A stretch of DNA of 64,000 nt from Acidimicrobiia bacterium (GTDB lineage Bacteria; Actinomycetota; Acidimicrobiia; Spongiisociales; ZC4RG35), in contig CBDBCY010000004.1 in assembly GCA_965203555.1 (NCBI GenBank), forward strand, positions 1,088,001-1,152,000, in the 5' to 3' direction. The position numbers and the translations under genes are program-made. The stretch's first letter is position 1, and every line of letters starts with the position of its first letter. Positions 62,576 to 64,000 of the stretch are shown piece after piece. A model generated the notes under the pieces. It made no database searches and was not told the DNA's origin. It worked only from the letters and a program-made list of their open reading frames with translations.

Positions 62576-64000
62576 GATGCTCCTATGTTTGTCAAATTGG
62601 GGTTTGGGGGGTGGTGAGCCAGTGTTGGTATTGGGTGGCGAGTTGGTGGTTGTGGTAGAGGCCTCGTTCGAGTTGTGAGAGGCGGTTTGGGTGGGTTTGG
62701 AGGGCTATGGCGGCGCGAGCCAGAGTTGTTTGGGTTTTTTGGCGTAGGCAGCGTAGATCGCTGCCGTTGGGTGTTTGGTTCGGGTTGGTCAGCAGTCGGT
62801 AGACCTGGCGGGCGATGTAGCGTTTCAGGCAGCGGATGATCTCTTTGCGGGTTTTGCCTTCGGCTTGTCGCCGTTGGGCGTATTCGATGGTGCGGGGGTC
62901 GGTGCGTAGCCGTACTGTGGCTATACGCCAGAGGGCGTTGTTGGCTTGGCGGTCGCCGCCGCGGTTGAGTCGGTGACGCACTATGCGTCCCGACGACGCT
63001 TGGACGGGGCTTGCGCCGCAGAGAGCGGCGAAAGACGCTTCTGTGCGCATGCGGTGGGGGTTGTCCCCGGCGGTGACCAGCAGCGCGGCGGCGGTTTCGG
63101 GGCCGATCCCACCGGCAGCCAGCAGCGCCGGGTTGGCCCGGGCGCAGAGCTGTTTGATTTCGGTGTCGAGTTGTTGGATCTCCCAGGTAAGTGCTTGGTA
63201 TCGGCGGGCCAACAGACGCAACGCTTTCTTGGCATAGGCGATATTGGTCCGGTTCGCGCCGGGACGATAGGCGGCGCAGACCTTCACCCGGGCTTTCGGG
63301 GAAAGGCTCCCGAGTTGGTGTTTGACCTGGTCGGGAGCGGTGACCACCAGAGCGTGCAGCTGGTTGATGGTCTGGGTGCGGGCCTTGGCGGCCGAACGGC
63401 GGACCACCCGAAGCATCCTGATCGCTTCGACTGGTCCGTCGCCGCTTTTGGGTGTCCCGGTGGCCTGTCCGCTCAAAACAGCCCGGGCCGCGGCCTGAGC
63501 GTCGGTGGCGTCGGTCTTGCCGAACCGGCGGCGCAGTTGACGGTTGGGACGGTTCACTTCCACTACCTCGACACCGATTCTCACCAGGTAGCGGGTCAGG
63601 CCGGCGCCGTAGCTGCCGGTGCCCTCTATTCCGACCTGGGCAACGTTGCCGTGTGACCCCAGCCAGTTGCCCAGTTGTTCATAACCGGCTGTGTCGGTTC
63701 CGAACGATGCCGTGCCCAACACCCGACCGGTGGTATCCACCACCGCCGCCACATGAACATCGCGGTGGGTGTCCACCCCACCGAACACATCAACCCGATC
63801 TGACATTCGTCTCTTCTCCTCATTTAGAATCGGTTCTGTTCTCCCTGACCCGAAAAGGCGGTGGACGGACCACTCAAGTGGCAAGAGCAAGGCTCCTATC
63901 AGGTCACAGCCGCCCTGTCGGGAGAGCGCCGCCCCCAGGCCGGAAGCAGGCCGACAAATCAAACCAAAGGCACAAACAGGCCAGGTTAGGTTGGAGTCAG
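62576..64000 (-). mobile_element. IS110-family element (left end beyond the window); recombinase 62592..63806 with C-terminal HTH extension
   Basis: GVDTH, GIEGTGSYG, KTDATDA (DEDD), PVQASSG (catalytic Ser), HRLNRGGDRQAN; right end TTGACAAACATAGGAGCATC. Confidence 0.92.
63850..64000 (-). ncRNA. Candidate IS110 bridge RNA (partial)
   Basis: Non-coding end upstream of the recombinase, with 8-nt matches to the element's right end (ATAGGAGC) and to the insertion junction (GGTTTGAT). Confidence 0.7.

Noticed and set aside
1-64000. CRISPR array, cas genes, rRNA, integrase or reverse transcriptase
   Set aside because: No regularly spaced repeats or diagnostic motifs were seen by eye.

Overview
High-GC, Actinobacteria-like DNA. 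The taxon is inferred from composition and IS/gene types only. Scattered single-base frameshifts suggest long-read or MAG consensus errors, so pseudogene calls are tentative. Bases 1-17.8 kb hold a + strand catabolic cluster: thiolase/DUF35 pair, ketose 3-epimerase, DhaK/DhaL, fucose/arabinose-type isomerase, LacD-like aldolase, nucleoside hydrolase, polyol dehydrogenase, ABC and MFS transporters and a nucleoside phosphorylase. Small toxin-antitoxin-like cassettes interrupt it, including a split CapRel-type toxSAS pair. Bases 17.9-64 kb form a lower-GC defence island: Sir2-HerA; SNF2-DUF3883 / DUF1156 / HEPN-DUF499 (helicase split by IS1380); a YwgA/Panacea-like + SAMHD1-like HD pair; ParB-HEPN + Dam; RelE-UvrD; a sacsin-ATPase-SF2 helicase; GmrSD; several HEPN-motif orphans; three serpin copies; and IS630, IS1634, ISL3 and IS110 elements. 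The most unusual signals are: (i) a 101-nt tRNA gene with its own promoter candidate, a full tRNA-Leu body and an Ala (GGC) anticodon; (ii) two IS630 insertions sharing an 11-bp motif at the same offset from the CTAG target; (iii) an IS110 with a C-terminal HTH extension whose bridge-RNA guides can be read directly from the sequence.
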